From an uncultured virus (IMG/VR IMGVR_UViG_3300044731_002104) (taxonomy: Duplodnaviria; Heunggongvirae; Uroviricota; Caudoviricetes), in the IMG/VR virus record IMGVR_UViG_3300044731_002104: 64,000 bases of DNA; one strand, given 5' to 3'. Every line of letters begins with the position of its first letter. Position 1 is the first letter of the stretch. The notes below the pieces were generated by a model. The model was not told where the DNA came from, did no database searches, and was given only the letters and a program-made list of their open reading frames with translations. Shown in pieces: positions 47,047 to 56,160 of the stretch. The position numbers and the translations under genes are program-made.

Positions 47047-50000
47047 GCACACAGAGCACTTCTCTGATCATTGGTGCCGGTGGCGGTGGAAAGGGTGGGG
47101 GCGGCAGCGCACGTGTGGCGCAGGAAGCGCCCGACAGCCTGCGCTCCAAGGCCTATGCCAGGGTGGTTGACCTCGTCTGCGAGGGTGAGATTGAGGGCTT
47201 GGCCGCAAACCTGCAATCCGTCTACCTGGACGACACCCCTATCCAGAATCCGGACGGCAGCTACAACTTCACGGGGGTAACGCTCGAAACCCGCCCTGGC
47301 ACCCAGCAGCAAAGCTACATCCCCGGCTTCTCCGCTGTGGAAAACGAAGTGGCTGTTGGGGTGGAGTGCAAGGCCAATCAGCCGGTGGTGCGCTCCATCA
47401 CTGATCCTGACGTGGATGCCGTGCGCATCAAGGTCAGTATCCCGTCGCTCACGCTGCAAGACACCACCAACGGTGACCTGAACGGCACTTCGGTCAGCTA
47501 CGCGATCGACGTGCAGGCGCGGGGAGCCGGGTATGTGCAGGTGGTTACCGACACGGTCTCTGGCAAAACCACTTCGCGCTACCAGCGCAGCTACTACGTC
47601 CCACTCATTGGCGCTGGTCCTTGGGATGTGCGCCTGCGCCGCATCACGGCCGACTCGACACAGACCAGCCTGCAGAACAAAACGCTTCTAGATTCGTACA
47701 CCGAGGTGATCGAAAGCAAGCTGCGCTATCCCAACAGCGCCCTGATGGCCTTGCGGGTGGATGCCTCGCAGTTCACTTCGATTCCACGGCGCAGCTATGA
47801 CCTCAAGCTCCTTCGCGTTCGCATCCCCTCGAACTACTCACCCGAGACCCGTGCGTACAGCGGGATCTGGGACGGTACTTTCAAGGTGGCTTGGACAGAT
47901 AACCCGGCCTGGTGCTTTTATGACCTGGTAACCAATACCCGCTACGGGCTGGGTAGTTTCATACCGGAGTCCCAGGTCGACAAATGGGCGCTGTACCGGG
48001 TGGCCCGTTACTGTGACGAACTCGTGCCCGATGGTCTGGGTGGCTATGAGCCGCGATTTACCTGCAACCTGTATCTGCAAAGCCGCGAGCAGGCCTACAA
48101 GGTGGTGCAGGATATGGCCTCGATCTTCAGGGGCATGGCTTACTGGTCGGGCGGGGCAATCACTGTCACTCAGGATGCGCCCCAGGATCCGGTCTACCAG
48201 TTCACCGCAGCCAATGTCATCGATGGTGAGTTCGCCTACCAGGGGTCATCCGCCAAGGCGCGGCACACGGTTGCTTTGGTCAGCTGGGTGGATCCGGGTG
48301 ATTTCTACCGCCAGAAGGTGGAATACGTCGAAGACATGGCAGGCATTGCCCGCTATGGCGTGGTTCAGGCCGATGTGGTGGCCATGGGCTGCACTTCCCG
48401 GGGCCAGGCCAACCGGGTGGGCAATTGGCTGCTGTATTCCGAGCAGTCCGAATCGGAAATCATCACATTCCGCACGGGACTGGAAGGCGCTGTTGTGCGC
48501 CCCGGCGATGTCATCAAGGTGGCAGACAGCAGTCGGGGTGGCCTACGCCTGGGTGGGCGCATCACGGGGGCAACCACGATAAGCGTCACGCTGGATCAGG
48601 ATTTGCCCGCCGGTTCATGGCGCATCTCTGTGCTGCTGCCCACGGGAGTGGTGGAGGAGCGCCAAGTCGGATCCCTGTCTGGCCGAACGGTCGGTGTGAC
48701 AAGCGCATTCTCTTTAGCACCTCAGGTGGGTGCCATCTGGGTGCTGGCCTCCAGTCAAGTGGAGACGCAACTGTTCAGGGCGGTGCAGGTCGCCGAGAGC
48801 GAGCCAGGCATCCATGAAGTCACGGCACTGGCTCACAATCCGAGCAAGTACGACGCCATCGAGCGTGGGCTGGCACTGCAGCCTCGTGATATCACGGTGC
48901 TCTCCACCACACCTGTGGCGCCTACGGGCCTGTTGATCACCGAGAGCCTGTACCGGGTCAAGGATCAGGCGCTGGTGCTCATTCAGTTGGGATGGGAGCA
49001 GGTCTTCGGCGGCCTGGAGTATCAGGTGAGCTATCGGGTCAATGGCGGCAACACCGTCACCTTGCCCCGGATTTCGAGCACTTATCTGGAGATTCGAAAC
49101 GCCGAGGCCGGGGATTATGTTTTCACGGTTCGGGCTGTGGGGGTGTCCGGCAAGCTTGGGGGCTCGGCCTCATTGAGCCAGACCATCCTTGGCAAACTGC
49201 AGCCGCCCGATGACGTGCAGGACTTTGTGGTGCTGCGCCGCACGACCGATCTGCTGCTGAGTTGGAGCGCCAACACGGATGCCGATCTGGCAGGGTACGA
49301 GGTGAGGGTGGGCGCGGGCTGGGATGCGGGAACTCTGGTTGGGCAGACCGCTGGTACCCAGCTCGTCCATGACCAAAGTGAATCAGGTCGGTACAACTAC
49401 TTCATCCGGGCCTTTGACACCTCTGGCAAGTACAGCCAGCATGTCGCCACCTTCGAGTTGCTCCTGCTGGCACCAGCCGCAGTGCGGCAGTTTGATGTGG
49501 TCCAGTCGGCCAACCGGCTGGAGTTTCGTTGGCTGCCCAATCCTGAGCCGGAGGTGGTGGCCTATGAGCTGCGAGAAGGCACGGCGTGGGACACTTCGAT
49601 CTTCATTGCCGAGGTCAAGTCCAGCAGCTTCACTTTGCCTTCAGGCTTTGACGGTGAGCGTAATTTCTGGATCAAGGCAATCGCCTCGCCAGGCATCTAC
49701 TCGGACGAGGCCACCTTCGTCTCGACGGTGGTGGCCCAGCCCCAGAACGCCAACCTGCTGGTCACCATCGATGCACAGGCCACCCGGTTTCCAGGGGTGA
49801 AGCATTTCGCATCGGTCGAGTCGGTCAACAGCCTGGATGTGCTGCGCATGGACAGTGGCGTTGCGCAGTCCGAGTACCTGTTCGAGGTGAATCTGCCCAC
49901 CAGCTACCGGGCGCAAAACACCCTGTTGGCCAGCATCGGGGCCACACTGGATGATCGAGAAACCTGGTCGACAGCGAACTATGTCTGGAGCAGCAATGCT

Positions 50001-50552
50001 GCCAAACGGCAATGGAACTATGACGGCGCGCTCAAAAGCATCGAAGCGAGGTTTCAGATGGCGCGCGAAGATGCATTGCAGGCCGGAGAGCTCTACGGCT
50101 GGCGCCTCAATGGTGCGCTGGCAGGGTACGGCAGTCCTGCCAGTGGGGAGGCCGTGGGCGTCAGCTATGGCGACGGGCGGTACGGCAGTGGGGTACTCAT
50201 CAAGGACACGACCCGGGTTTCCTGGGGTGTGAGCATCCCCGGGGTGTTCCATGTGAGCTTTTGGTTCATCCCGAATCAGATCACCACCTCGGTCATCTGG
50301 ACAGCATCTGGTGCAGGGGTGAGCCTGCTTGTGGGCTTCGATGCGGCGGCAGGCAGCTTCTTTCTGGAAGACCACCTGTTCAACCGAATCGTCGTGCCAT
50401 ACCCCGTGAGCGTCAGCGACCGGATTTGCGTTGGTGTATGTCAGACGGCCGCTGAACGCAGGCTCTTTGTCGGAAAGATGGGCGGCGATGTGCAAAGCGC
50501 AAGCAGTCCTTTGCAACCCACTGCCGGATACACGGTCCTCAAGCTGTATTGA
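47043..50552 (+). CDS. Host-specificity/central tail fibre gpJ-like with Fn3-like repeats
   Basis: EGEIEG, WTDNPAW, EPRFTCN. Confidence 0.92.
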   Translation: MSTQSTSLIIGAGGGGKGGGGSARVAQEAPDSLRSKAYARVVDLVCEGEIEGLAANLQSVYLDDTPIQNPDGSYNFTGVTLETRPGTQQQSYIPGFSAVENEVAVGVECKANQPVVRSITDPDVDAVRIKVSIPSLTLQDTTNGDLNGTSVSYAIDVQARGAGYVQVVTDTVSGKTTSRYQRSYYVPLIGAGPWDVRLRRITADSTQTSLQNKTLLDSYTEVIESKLRYPNSALMALRVDASQFTSIPRRSYDLKLLRVRIPSNYSPETRAYSGIWDGTFKVAWTDNPAWCFYDLVTNTRYGLGSFIPESQVDKWALYRVARYCDELVPDGLGGYEPRFTCNLYLQSREQAYKVVQDMASIFRGMAYWSGGAITVTQDAPQDPVYQFTAANVIDGEFAYQGSSAKARHTVALVSWVDPGDFYRQKVEYVEDMAGIARYGVVQADVVAMGCTSRGQANRVGNWLLYSEQSESEIITFRTGLEGAVVRPGDVIKVADSSRGGLRLGGRITGATTISVTLDQDLPAGSWRISVLLPTGVVEERQVGSLSGRTVGVTSAFSLAPQVGAIWVLASSQVETQLFRAVQVAESEPGIHEVTALAHNPSKYDAIERGLALQPRDITVLSTTPVAPTGLLITESLYRVKDQALVLIQLGWEQVFGGLEYQVSYRVNGGNTVTLPRISSTYLEIRNAEAGDYVFTVRAVGVSGKLGGSASLSQTILGKLQPPDDVQDFVVLRRTTDLLLSWSANTDADLAGYEVRVGAGWDAGTLVGQTAGTQLVHDQSESGRYNYFIRAFDTSGKYSQHVATFELLLLAPAAVRQFDVVQSANRLEFRWLPNPEPEVVAYELREGTAWDTSIFIAEVKSSSFTLPSGFDGERNFWIKAIASPGIYSDEATFVSTVVAQPQNANLLVTIDAQATRFPGVKHFASVESVNSLDVLRMDSGVAQSEYLFEVNLPTSYRAQNTLLASIGATLDDRETWSTANYVWSSNAAKRQWNYDGALKSIEARFQMAREDALQAGELYGWRLNGALAGYGSPASGEAVGVSYGDGRYGSGVLIKDTTRVSWGVSIPGVFHVSFWFIPNQITTSVIWTASGAGVSLLVGFDAAAGSFFLEDHLFNRIVVPYPVSVSDRICVGVCQTAAERRLFVGKMGGDVQSASSPLQPTAGYTVLKLY

Positions 50553-50630
50553 ACGTAAACCCAGAACCCCAACCTGGGCGTTGCATCGAATGGTGCAGCG
50601 CCCGTTTTGTTTGAAGAAACGGAAAACTCC

Positions 50631-51077
50631 ATGATTGAAGAAGGCATGAGCATCAAAGGCTCAATCACGCTGCTGCTGGCCAAGCCCACGGGCGAAGTCG
50701 AGGTGGTGCACAAGGACAACATCATCGTCAATGGCGGCTTTGACTTCGTGGCCGATGCCATCGGCAATTCGGCCAGCCGCCCTGGTGTTATGGGTTGGAT
50801 TGCGGTGGGCACTGGCTCCACGGCCGCTGCCGCCACTCAGACGGCCCTGGTCACCGAAATCAAGCGCAATGCGGCCACGTATGCCCACACGGCTGGCACC
50901 AAGGTGTTCACTTTCACGGCCAGCTATCCGGCGGGTGACGCCACAGGTGCGCTCACCGAGGCGGGCGTGTTCAATGCAGCCTCGGCTGGCGCCATGTTCG
51001 ATCGGGTCGTTTTCCCGGTGGTGAACAAAGGCGTGGACGACAGCCTGACGGCTGTTTTCACCTTCACCATGAGCTGA
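50631..51077 (+). CDS. Phage tail protein
   Basis: N.IV..G, IAVGTG, TEAG.FN. Confidence 0.75.
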   Translation: MIEEGMSIKGSITLLLAKPTGEVEVVHKDNIIVNGGFDFVADAIGNSASRPGVMGWIAVGTGSTAAAATQTALVTEIKRNAATYAHTAGTKVFTFTASYPAGDATGALTEAGVFNAASAGAMFDRVVFPVVNKGVDDSLTAVFTFTMS

Positions 51078-51090
51078 TCGGGCACCTGAT

Positions 51091-52281
51091 ATGGCCGAGA
51101 CCGTCAACGTCTCCAGCTCGCCGGGGGCCAACTACACCTGGACTTCCGGCAAGTTTTCCTGGGGCAGCGCTACGGCAGGCAAGAACTGGACAACGGCCTA
51201 CCCGGCGGTCTACGCCCTGACCGTGGCCACTGACCTGAGTTTTGCCGAGTTGGTTCAGAAATTGGGCATTAAGAGCAATTCCGAGAGCCTGACCTTCTCG
51301 GATAAATCCAGCCGGGCTTTGGCACTCAACAAGTACGAGAACCTGAACTTTGTCGAGACCTACACCGACCTGATTGCCTTTGTGCTGCGTTTCGTTGAGT
51401 CCCTGACGTTCACGGAAAAGTACGCTCGCACGGGCACCAAAGCCGTCTTCGAGACGTTTCAGGTGGGGGAGGGACTGGCACGGCAGTTGGTATTGCGCAA
51501 ATACGAGACGCTGGCGCTGGCTGAGACCTATACGGACCTCATTGCGTTCATCCTGCGGGTATCCGAGAGCCTGAGTTTTTCCGAGAAGCCTTCCAAAGGG
51601 ATGACCAAGCCACAGGCTGAAAACTTCAGGCTGAGCGATGCACTGGTCAAGTCGCAGGTCAAGCAAATCTCCGAGGCCTTCAGTCTGGCCGAGGCGCTCG
51701 GTCGAACGGTCGCGTACCGCCGTGCCATCAGCGAAGGCTTTGCCATTGGCGAGGCGATAAGGCGTGCGCAGACCTTGAAGCTCAGCGAGGCCTTTGGTCT
51801 GGCCGAGCAGTATCGGCGCCGGGCCAATGGGGTGATCAGCGACATGATCGTTGCCAACACCGAGATCACCGAGCAGGACTTCATGGACATCCTGGAGTCT
51901 GGTCATCCACCCGGTTACACCAACTTCCGGGACTTCATCCAGGGCGACTACACCTACCAGCGTGCGCTTTTTAGGGCGATCTTGACTTCCAGCAACGCAG
52001 ACCGAGGCTACATCGATGGCCTGCGGGTGACTGTGGACGTGCCCGATGTATTCGATCGAGGCACGGCGCAGGTGGTCACCGCGTCCAGTGGCGTAGCGGT
52101 CGTTTTTGTGCGGACTTTTCGGGTCTCGCCGGAGGTCACGCTGACCTTCAAGGGCGGTACCACCGTGGCCATTCCTCGAATTCTTGGAACGGTCACCACC
52201 GCAGGCTTCACCGCCGTTTTGGAAAACACCTCTGGCGCCCGCGTGACGGGAGCCATTTCTTGGGTTGCCCAGGGGTATTGA
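51091..52281 (+). CDS. Tail protein with internal repeats
   Basis: Duplicated KYE....ETYTDLIAF.LR..ESL.F.EK; H-type-lectin-like C-terminus. Confidence 0.7.
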   Translation: MAETVNVSSSPGANYTWTSGKFSWGSATAGKNWTTAYPAVYALTVATDLSFAELVQKLGIKSNSESLTFSDKSSRALALNKYENLNFVETYTDLIAFVLRFVESLTFTEKYARTGTKAVFETFQVGEGLARQLVLRKYETLALAETYTDLIAFILRVSESLSFSEKPSKGMTKPQAENFRLSDALVKSQVKQISEAFSLAEALGRTVAYRRAISEGFAIGEAIRRAQTLKLSEAFGLAEQYRRRANGVISDMIVANTEITEQDFMDILESGHPPGYTNFRDFIQGDYTYQRALFRAILTSSNADRGYIDGLRVTVDVPDVFDRGTAQVVTASSGVAVVFVRTFRVSPEVTLTFKGGTTVAIPRILGTVTTAGFTAVLENTSGARVTGAISWVAQGY

Positions 52282-52292
52282 AAGGGTACTGA

Positions 52293-53303
52293 ATGCAAAA
52301 CTACACCGAAATCCCGTCCAGCACGACGCTCTCGGACTCGCTGTCGCAGATCCTGAACAACGACAAGACGGCGCTCTCGCTCTCCAGCGGAACGGCGTTT
52401 CCGACTGTGAATCTGCAGCAGGGTATGCCGTGTTTCAGGACTGATGAGCAAAAGCTCTACATCCTCACCGTGGTCAGTCCCGTCACGTGGAAGATGGTCA
52501 TCGACCTCTCGGCCACAGTGGGCAAAGTGGCCAATGCGGATCTGCTGGATGGCATCGACTCCACCGGCTTTGCACTGAGTGGGCACAACCACGATGCCGC
52601 ATATGCAGCGCTGGGCCACAACCACAACGCGGCATACCTGGGCATCACGGCCAAGGCAGCGGACGCTGACAAGCTCGATGGCTATGACTCCACGGCCTTT
52701 GTGCGCTCAGTCAATGGCAACGCACCGGATGCCTCTGGTAATGCCACCGTACCGATCGATTTGTCCAGTCGATTGGCCAAGGCCGGTGACACGATGACAG
52801 GCCATCTGTACATGGGTACTGGCGCAGTGATTTACTCGTCTCAGTCTGGTGCGGCGGACAACGCTCGCAACACTGGCTATCGCATGAACGATGGACAGGA
52901 CATTGGCGAGATGGGGCGCAGCAACCAGTATTACGACGATCTGGCTGCTAACTGCAATGGCATCTTGCCGACCGGCAACTGCGCAGGCAATACGTACTGG
53001 AAACCCTCCAATACCAGCTGGTGGACCTGGGGCCTGGGGTTCAACTACTGCGCCAACTCGGCCCAATACGACGGTGCGGGGGGAACGACCTACGCCTATA
53101 ACGCCGTGCCCAGCACAGGCTACAACTACGACGGTTACTACCTGGCCCAAGACGAGATTGGTGGTGGCGAGTACCACCGCTGGTACCGAGCCTGCAATTG
53201 CAACTGCAACTGTGGCAGCTACACCAACTGCAACTGCGGCAACACCGCCTTCAATTGCCGAACAAACTGCAATTGCAACTGTGCCTGCTGCGGTTGCTGC
53301 TGA
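52293..53303 (+). CDS. Tail-fibre-like protein with Cys/Asn-rich C-terminus
   Basis: Fibre motifs ADLLDG, HNH, ADKLDG, VRSVNG, GDTMTG; C-terminus CNCNCNCGSYTNCNCGNTAFNCRTNCNCNCACCGCC. Confidence 0.8.
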   Translation: MQNYTEIPSSTTLSDSLSQILNNDKTALSLSSGTAFPTVNLQQGMPCFRTDEQKLYILTVVSPVTWKMVIDLSATVGKVANADLLDGIDSTGFALSGHNHDAAYAALGHNHNAAYLGITAKAADADKLDGYDSTAFVRSVNGNAPDASGNATVPIDLSSRLAKAGDTMTGHLYMGTGAVIYSSQSGAADNARNTGYRMNDGQDIGEMGRSNQYYDDLAANCNGILPTGNCAGNTYWKPSNTSWWTWGLGFNYCANSAQYDGAGGTTYAYNAVPSTGYNYDGYYLAQDEIGGGEYHRWYRACNCNCNCGSYTNCNCGNTAFNCRTNCNCNCACCGCC

Positions 53304-53312
53304 AGGATCATC

Positions 53313-54119
53313 ATGAAAGTCTTTCTTGTGCGCGCGGGCAAGCTCTCGACTGCGCTGGATTACGCCATTCATCTCAAAGTGGACCAAGCGGCTGAGCAGG
53401 TACTCATGCGCTTTGGCTTGCGACACCGTCCAGATAGTGATCAGCCTTCTGACTTCTCTGTGGAGGGGGTGACTTACCAGGTGGTTGCCGAGCAGGTGTT
53501 TGCCTATCGTGAGCTGAGAAACAACCGTGGGTGGTCCGACCGACAGTCCTTTATGACCGGTTACCGCTGGGCAGAAAAACGGCTCATCGACCCGTTGCCC
53601 TTGTATGTCTACACCCTGTCTACGCGTTTCACAGCGCCAGAAGTCTCGGGGCATGTCTGGAACGGGAACTTCCTGACCGGATTTAACGTGCCCTTTGCGG
53701 ACAGCAGCTTTGATGAATGCTTCGTGACGGTGAACCTTCATCCCACGCTTGGAGGATGTCTGGTTGAAGGTGTGGCTTCCATGGATGTGGAGCACACCGA
53801 TTACCAGTCATCTGCTCAGGTAAGGGAAATGGAGTTCCCAGACTTGCGGGTGATTGCCCCCGCAAATGTCATAGCGGGGGATCCAGCCGAATTCACTGTG
53901 CAGATGCTCGACGGCCTGGGCAATCCCAGCAACCGTGATGCAGAGATTCACTTTGAGTCGGTCAATGGTTATCTGCCCGTCAGCCGACGCCGAACGCAGG
54001 GCGGGATGACCACAGCCACCGTCATGACCTTGGGGCTTCAAGCTGGCGACACCGTCCGATTGAAAGCGGGCTTCAAGTTCTACCCCGGCTGCGCCGATGC
54101 TCAGGTGGTCCTTTCATGA
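53313..54119 (+). CDS. Hypothetical protein (possible C-terminal Ig-like domain)
   Basis: 268-aa ORF 9 nt after the fibre gene; ATGA overlap with next gene. Confidence 0.7.
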   Translation: MKVFLVRAGKLSTALDYAIHLKVDQAAEQVLMRFGLRHRPDSDQPSDFSVEGVTYQVVAEQVFAYRELRNNRGWSDRQSFMTGYRWAEKRLIDPLPLYVYTLSTRFTAPEVSGHVWNGNFLTGFNVPFADSSFDECFVTVNLHPTLGGCLVEGVASMDVEHTDYQSSAQVREMEFPDLRVIAPANVIAGDPAEFTVQMLDGLGNPSNRDAEIHFESVNGYLPVSRRRTQGGMTTATVMTLGLQAGDTVRLKAGFKFYPGCADAQVVLS

Positions 54120-54715
54120 TTCGCGAACTGTTTTCTGCTCGGGTCTACCAAGGACAACTGAGTTTTGAGGATGGCTTGCGTGATCAGATGCTCAAAAGGG
54201 CAATGGATTTACATCAGCGGCTCAATCGAGATGGGCAGCCCTGGGCACGCAAAAGCCGTCAGTCCCTGATCGATCATGAAAGCTGCTGTGACGTTTTCAG
54301 ACCCCTGGTAAACCAGGTTCGTGAAGTCATTGGGCACGCCTACCAGTGTGAACCCGTGTGGCAATCCGCCCGAGAGGTCATCACCCAACCTGGTCAGTTC
54401 ATTCCGCTGCATGCCGAAGACACCGATCTCTCGGCGGTGTATTGGATTGACGGAAATGCTCGGCCAGATCCTTCTCGCCAGGACTACTCCGGCGCTTTTG
54501 TGCTGGTCAATCCCAGCGGTGCTTACGGCAGCCGCAAATTGCCCTGGGAAGGCTGGCGCTCGGAAATCATCCATCCGTACCCCGGCCTGCTGGTGATTTT
54601 CCCGAGCTACCTGGCGCACCATTCCCACCCCTACAACGGTACCCGGCCGAGTGTGGAAGTCCATTTTGAGTTCCGGGTTCAGGCATTGGAGGGACAAGCC
54701 CATGCAAATCGTTGA
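54116..54715 (+). CDS. 2OG-Fe(II) oxygenase-like protein
   Basis: PLHAE...LSAVYW...LVIFPSYL.H..P...R. Confidence 0.75.
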   Translation: MIRELFSARVYQGQLSFEDGLRDQMLKRAMDLHQRLNRDGQPWARKSRQSLIDHESCCDVFRPLVNQVREVIGHAYQCEPVWQSAREVITQPGQFIPLHAEDTDLSAVYWIDGNARPDPSRQDYSGAFVLVNPSGAYGSRKLPWEGWRSEIIHPYPGLLVIFPSYLAHHSHPYNGTRPSVEVHFEFRVQALEGQAHANR

Positions 54716-55280
54716 CGGTTTGATTGAGCCCGAGTTGACCGCTGAATGCCGCCAGTGGCTGTTGAGCCAGAACCTTGTGTTTGGCTGGAAAGCGCATGCC
54801 AAGGCCCCTGGGGTGTTTTGGCACCGAAATTTTGTGCTGCCAGGAAAGCACAACCACCACTATGACGCAGGTGCATGGCAGCCAGAACATACTTTTGATG
54901 CGTTTGTGGCCCAGGGGGGACCACTGGTCCGAGTGGCCCTTCAGGTCAAAGAGCAGTTCTTTCCCAACGCAGAGATCACGCGCCTGTGGGTCAATGTGCA
55001 AGCGTTCGGAGATGAGGCTTCGCTCCACAGGGACTTCCCAACTGAGTTTCAGGACACGGCAAGATCCGTGATCTGGTATCCGGTAGCCGAGTGGAGTGCG
55101 GATTGGGGAGGGGATTTGGTGATGTTGGACGATCTGGGTGAAATTCAGGCGGCAGTCATGGTCAAACCCAATCGGATGGTGCAGATCAATGGCTGCATGC
55201 GCCATGCTGCCCGCCCGATCTCCCGTTATTGCAACGCCTTGCGTATCGCGGTGGCGTTTGGTTCAGAGGTGGCACCATGA
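54702..55280 (+). CDS. 2OG-Fe(II) oxygenase (prolyl-hydroxylase-like)
   Basis: HRD, WGGDL, KPNR, RHAA, RIAVAF. Confidence 0.82.
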   Translation: MQIVDGLIEPELTAECRQWLLSQNLVFGWKAHAKAPGVFWHRNFVLPGKHNHHYDAGAWQPEHTFDAFVAQGGPLVRVALQVKEQFFPNAEITRLWVNVQAFGDEASLHRDFPTEFQDTARSVIWYPVAEWSADWGGDLVMLDDLGEIQAAVMVKPNRMVQINGCMRHAARPISRYCNALRIAVAFGSEVAP

Positions 55281-55960
55281 TTGAATACCTCTGGCCAACG
55301 CCAGTGCTCAAGGACACGGCGCCTTGGACTCCATCTGAAATGGATGAACTTCGGCGCTACACGGTCGAAAGATTTCATGATCATCAGACCCATCCACCCG
55401 TGCACGGCTTGCCTGATGTGGATGTCCGGCTGAGGGTCCAGCTCAATCTGTTTCATGCCCATCATGAGGCTCATGCACCGGCAGTTTGGCATCCATGGAA
55501 GCTCTGGGTGGAGAGTACTTACCGCAACTACCTGCTCGAAGCACACGGGGTGCGCAATGCACAGGATCTAAAAATCGAAGCTCGTTGCATCCCCGTGCAT
55601 TACCAGCCAGGTATGCGGGCTCAGCCGCACTACCACCACACCTGTGACCATGTCCTGTGTCTGTACCTGGACTGCGGGCAAGGCCGAAGTCCACCGGACC
55701 AACGCAGCTGGACCGTCGGTGACGGTGAACTTATCTTGCAGGACCCCCGTCCGATGGCGGGGTTTCCATTTTGGGAGAAGGTTCGCTACATCGAAACCTT
55801 TCCCGGTCTGGTGGTACTGCATCCATCGCGCATCTGGCATGAAACCAACCCCTTCAATGCCCAGGGTGAGCGAACCCTTCTGGTGGTGACCCTTCGGGTC
55901 GCCTCTCACAACTACAGCGATCTGTACACCGAGCTCAGAGGAGGGGCGTCGTGTCTTTGA
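55277..55960 (+). CDS. 2OG-Fe(II) oxygenase-like protein
   Basis: PHYH, LYL, GELILQDPR, PS..WH...P...R. Confidence 0.78.
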   Translation: MIEYLWPTPVLKDTAPWTPSEMDELRRYTVERFHDHQTHPPVHGLPDVDVRLRVQLNLFHAHHEAHAPAVWHPWKLWVESTYRNYLLEAHGVRNAQDLKIEARCIPVHYQPGMRAQPHYHHTCDHVLCLYLDCGQGRSPPDQRSWTVGDGELILQDPRPMAGFPFWEKVRYIETFPGLVVLHPSRIWHETNPFNAQGERTLLVVTLRVASHNYSDLYTELRGGASCL

Positions 55961-56160
55961 ATTCACATACCCGTCCAGGTTTCGAGGTGGATGTGGTCCG
56001 TGTGGACGACAGCAACCTGCGCATGACTGTGTTGGTCACCAATCCCGACGGCAAAGCTTCTGGCCGTCATGTCTTCAACATTCAAACGATGCCGGGTGCT
56101 GATCCGGCACAGGTTTGCCGAGAGGCATACCCCATCGCATTCGAGGAATCATTGTCATGA
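55951..56160 (+). CDS. Small hypothetical protein coupled to radical SAM gene
   Basis: 69 aa, GGAGG RBS, ATGA overlap with rSAM start. Confidence 0.6.
   Translation: MSLNSHTRPGFEVDVVRVDDSNLRMTVLVTNPDGKASGRHVFNIQTMPGADPAQVCREAYPIAFEESLS

Noticed and set aside
19053..53303. Diversity-generating retroelement (RT plus AAC/AAT-rich fibre C-terminus)
   Set aside because: RT has retron NAxxH/VTG motifs and lacks the DGR-type SQ motif; no avd gene; no second (TR/VR) copy of the fibre 3' end seen.
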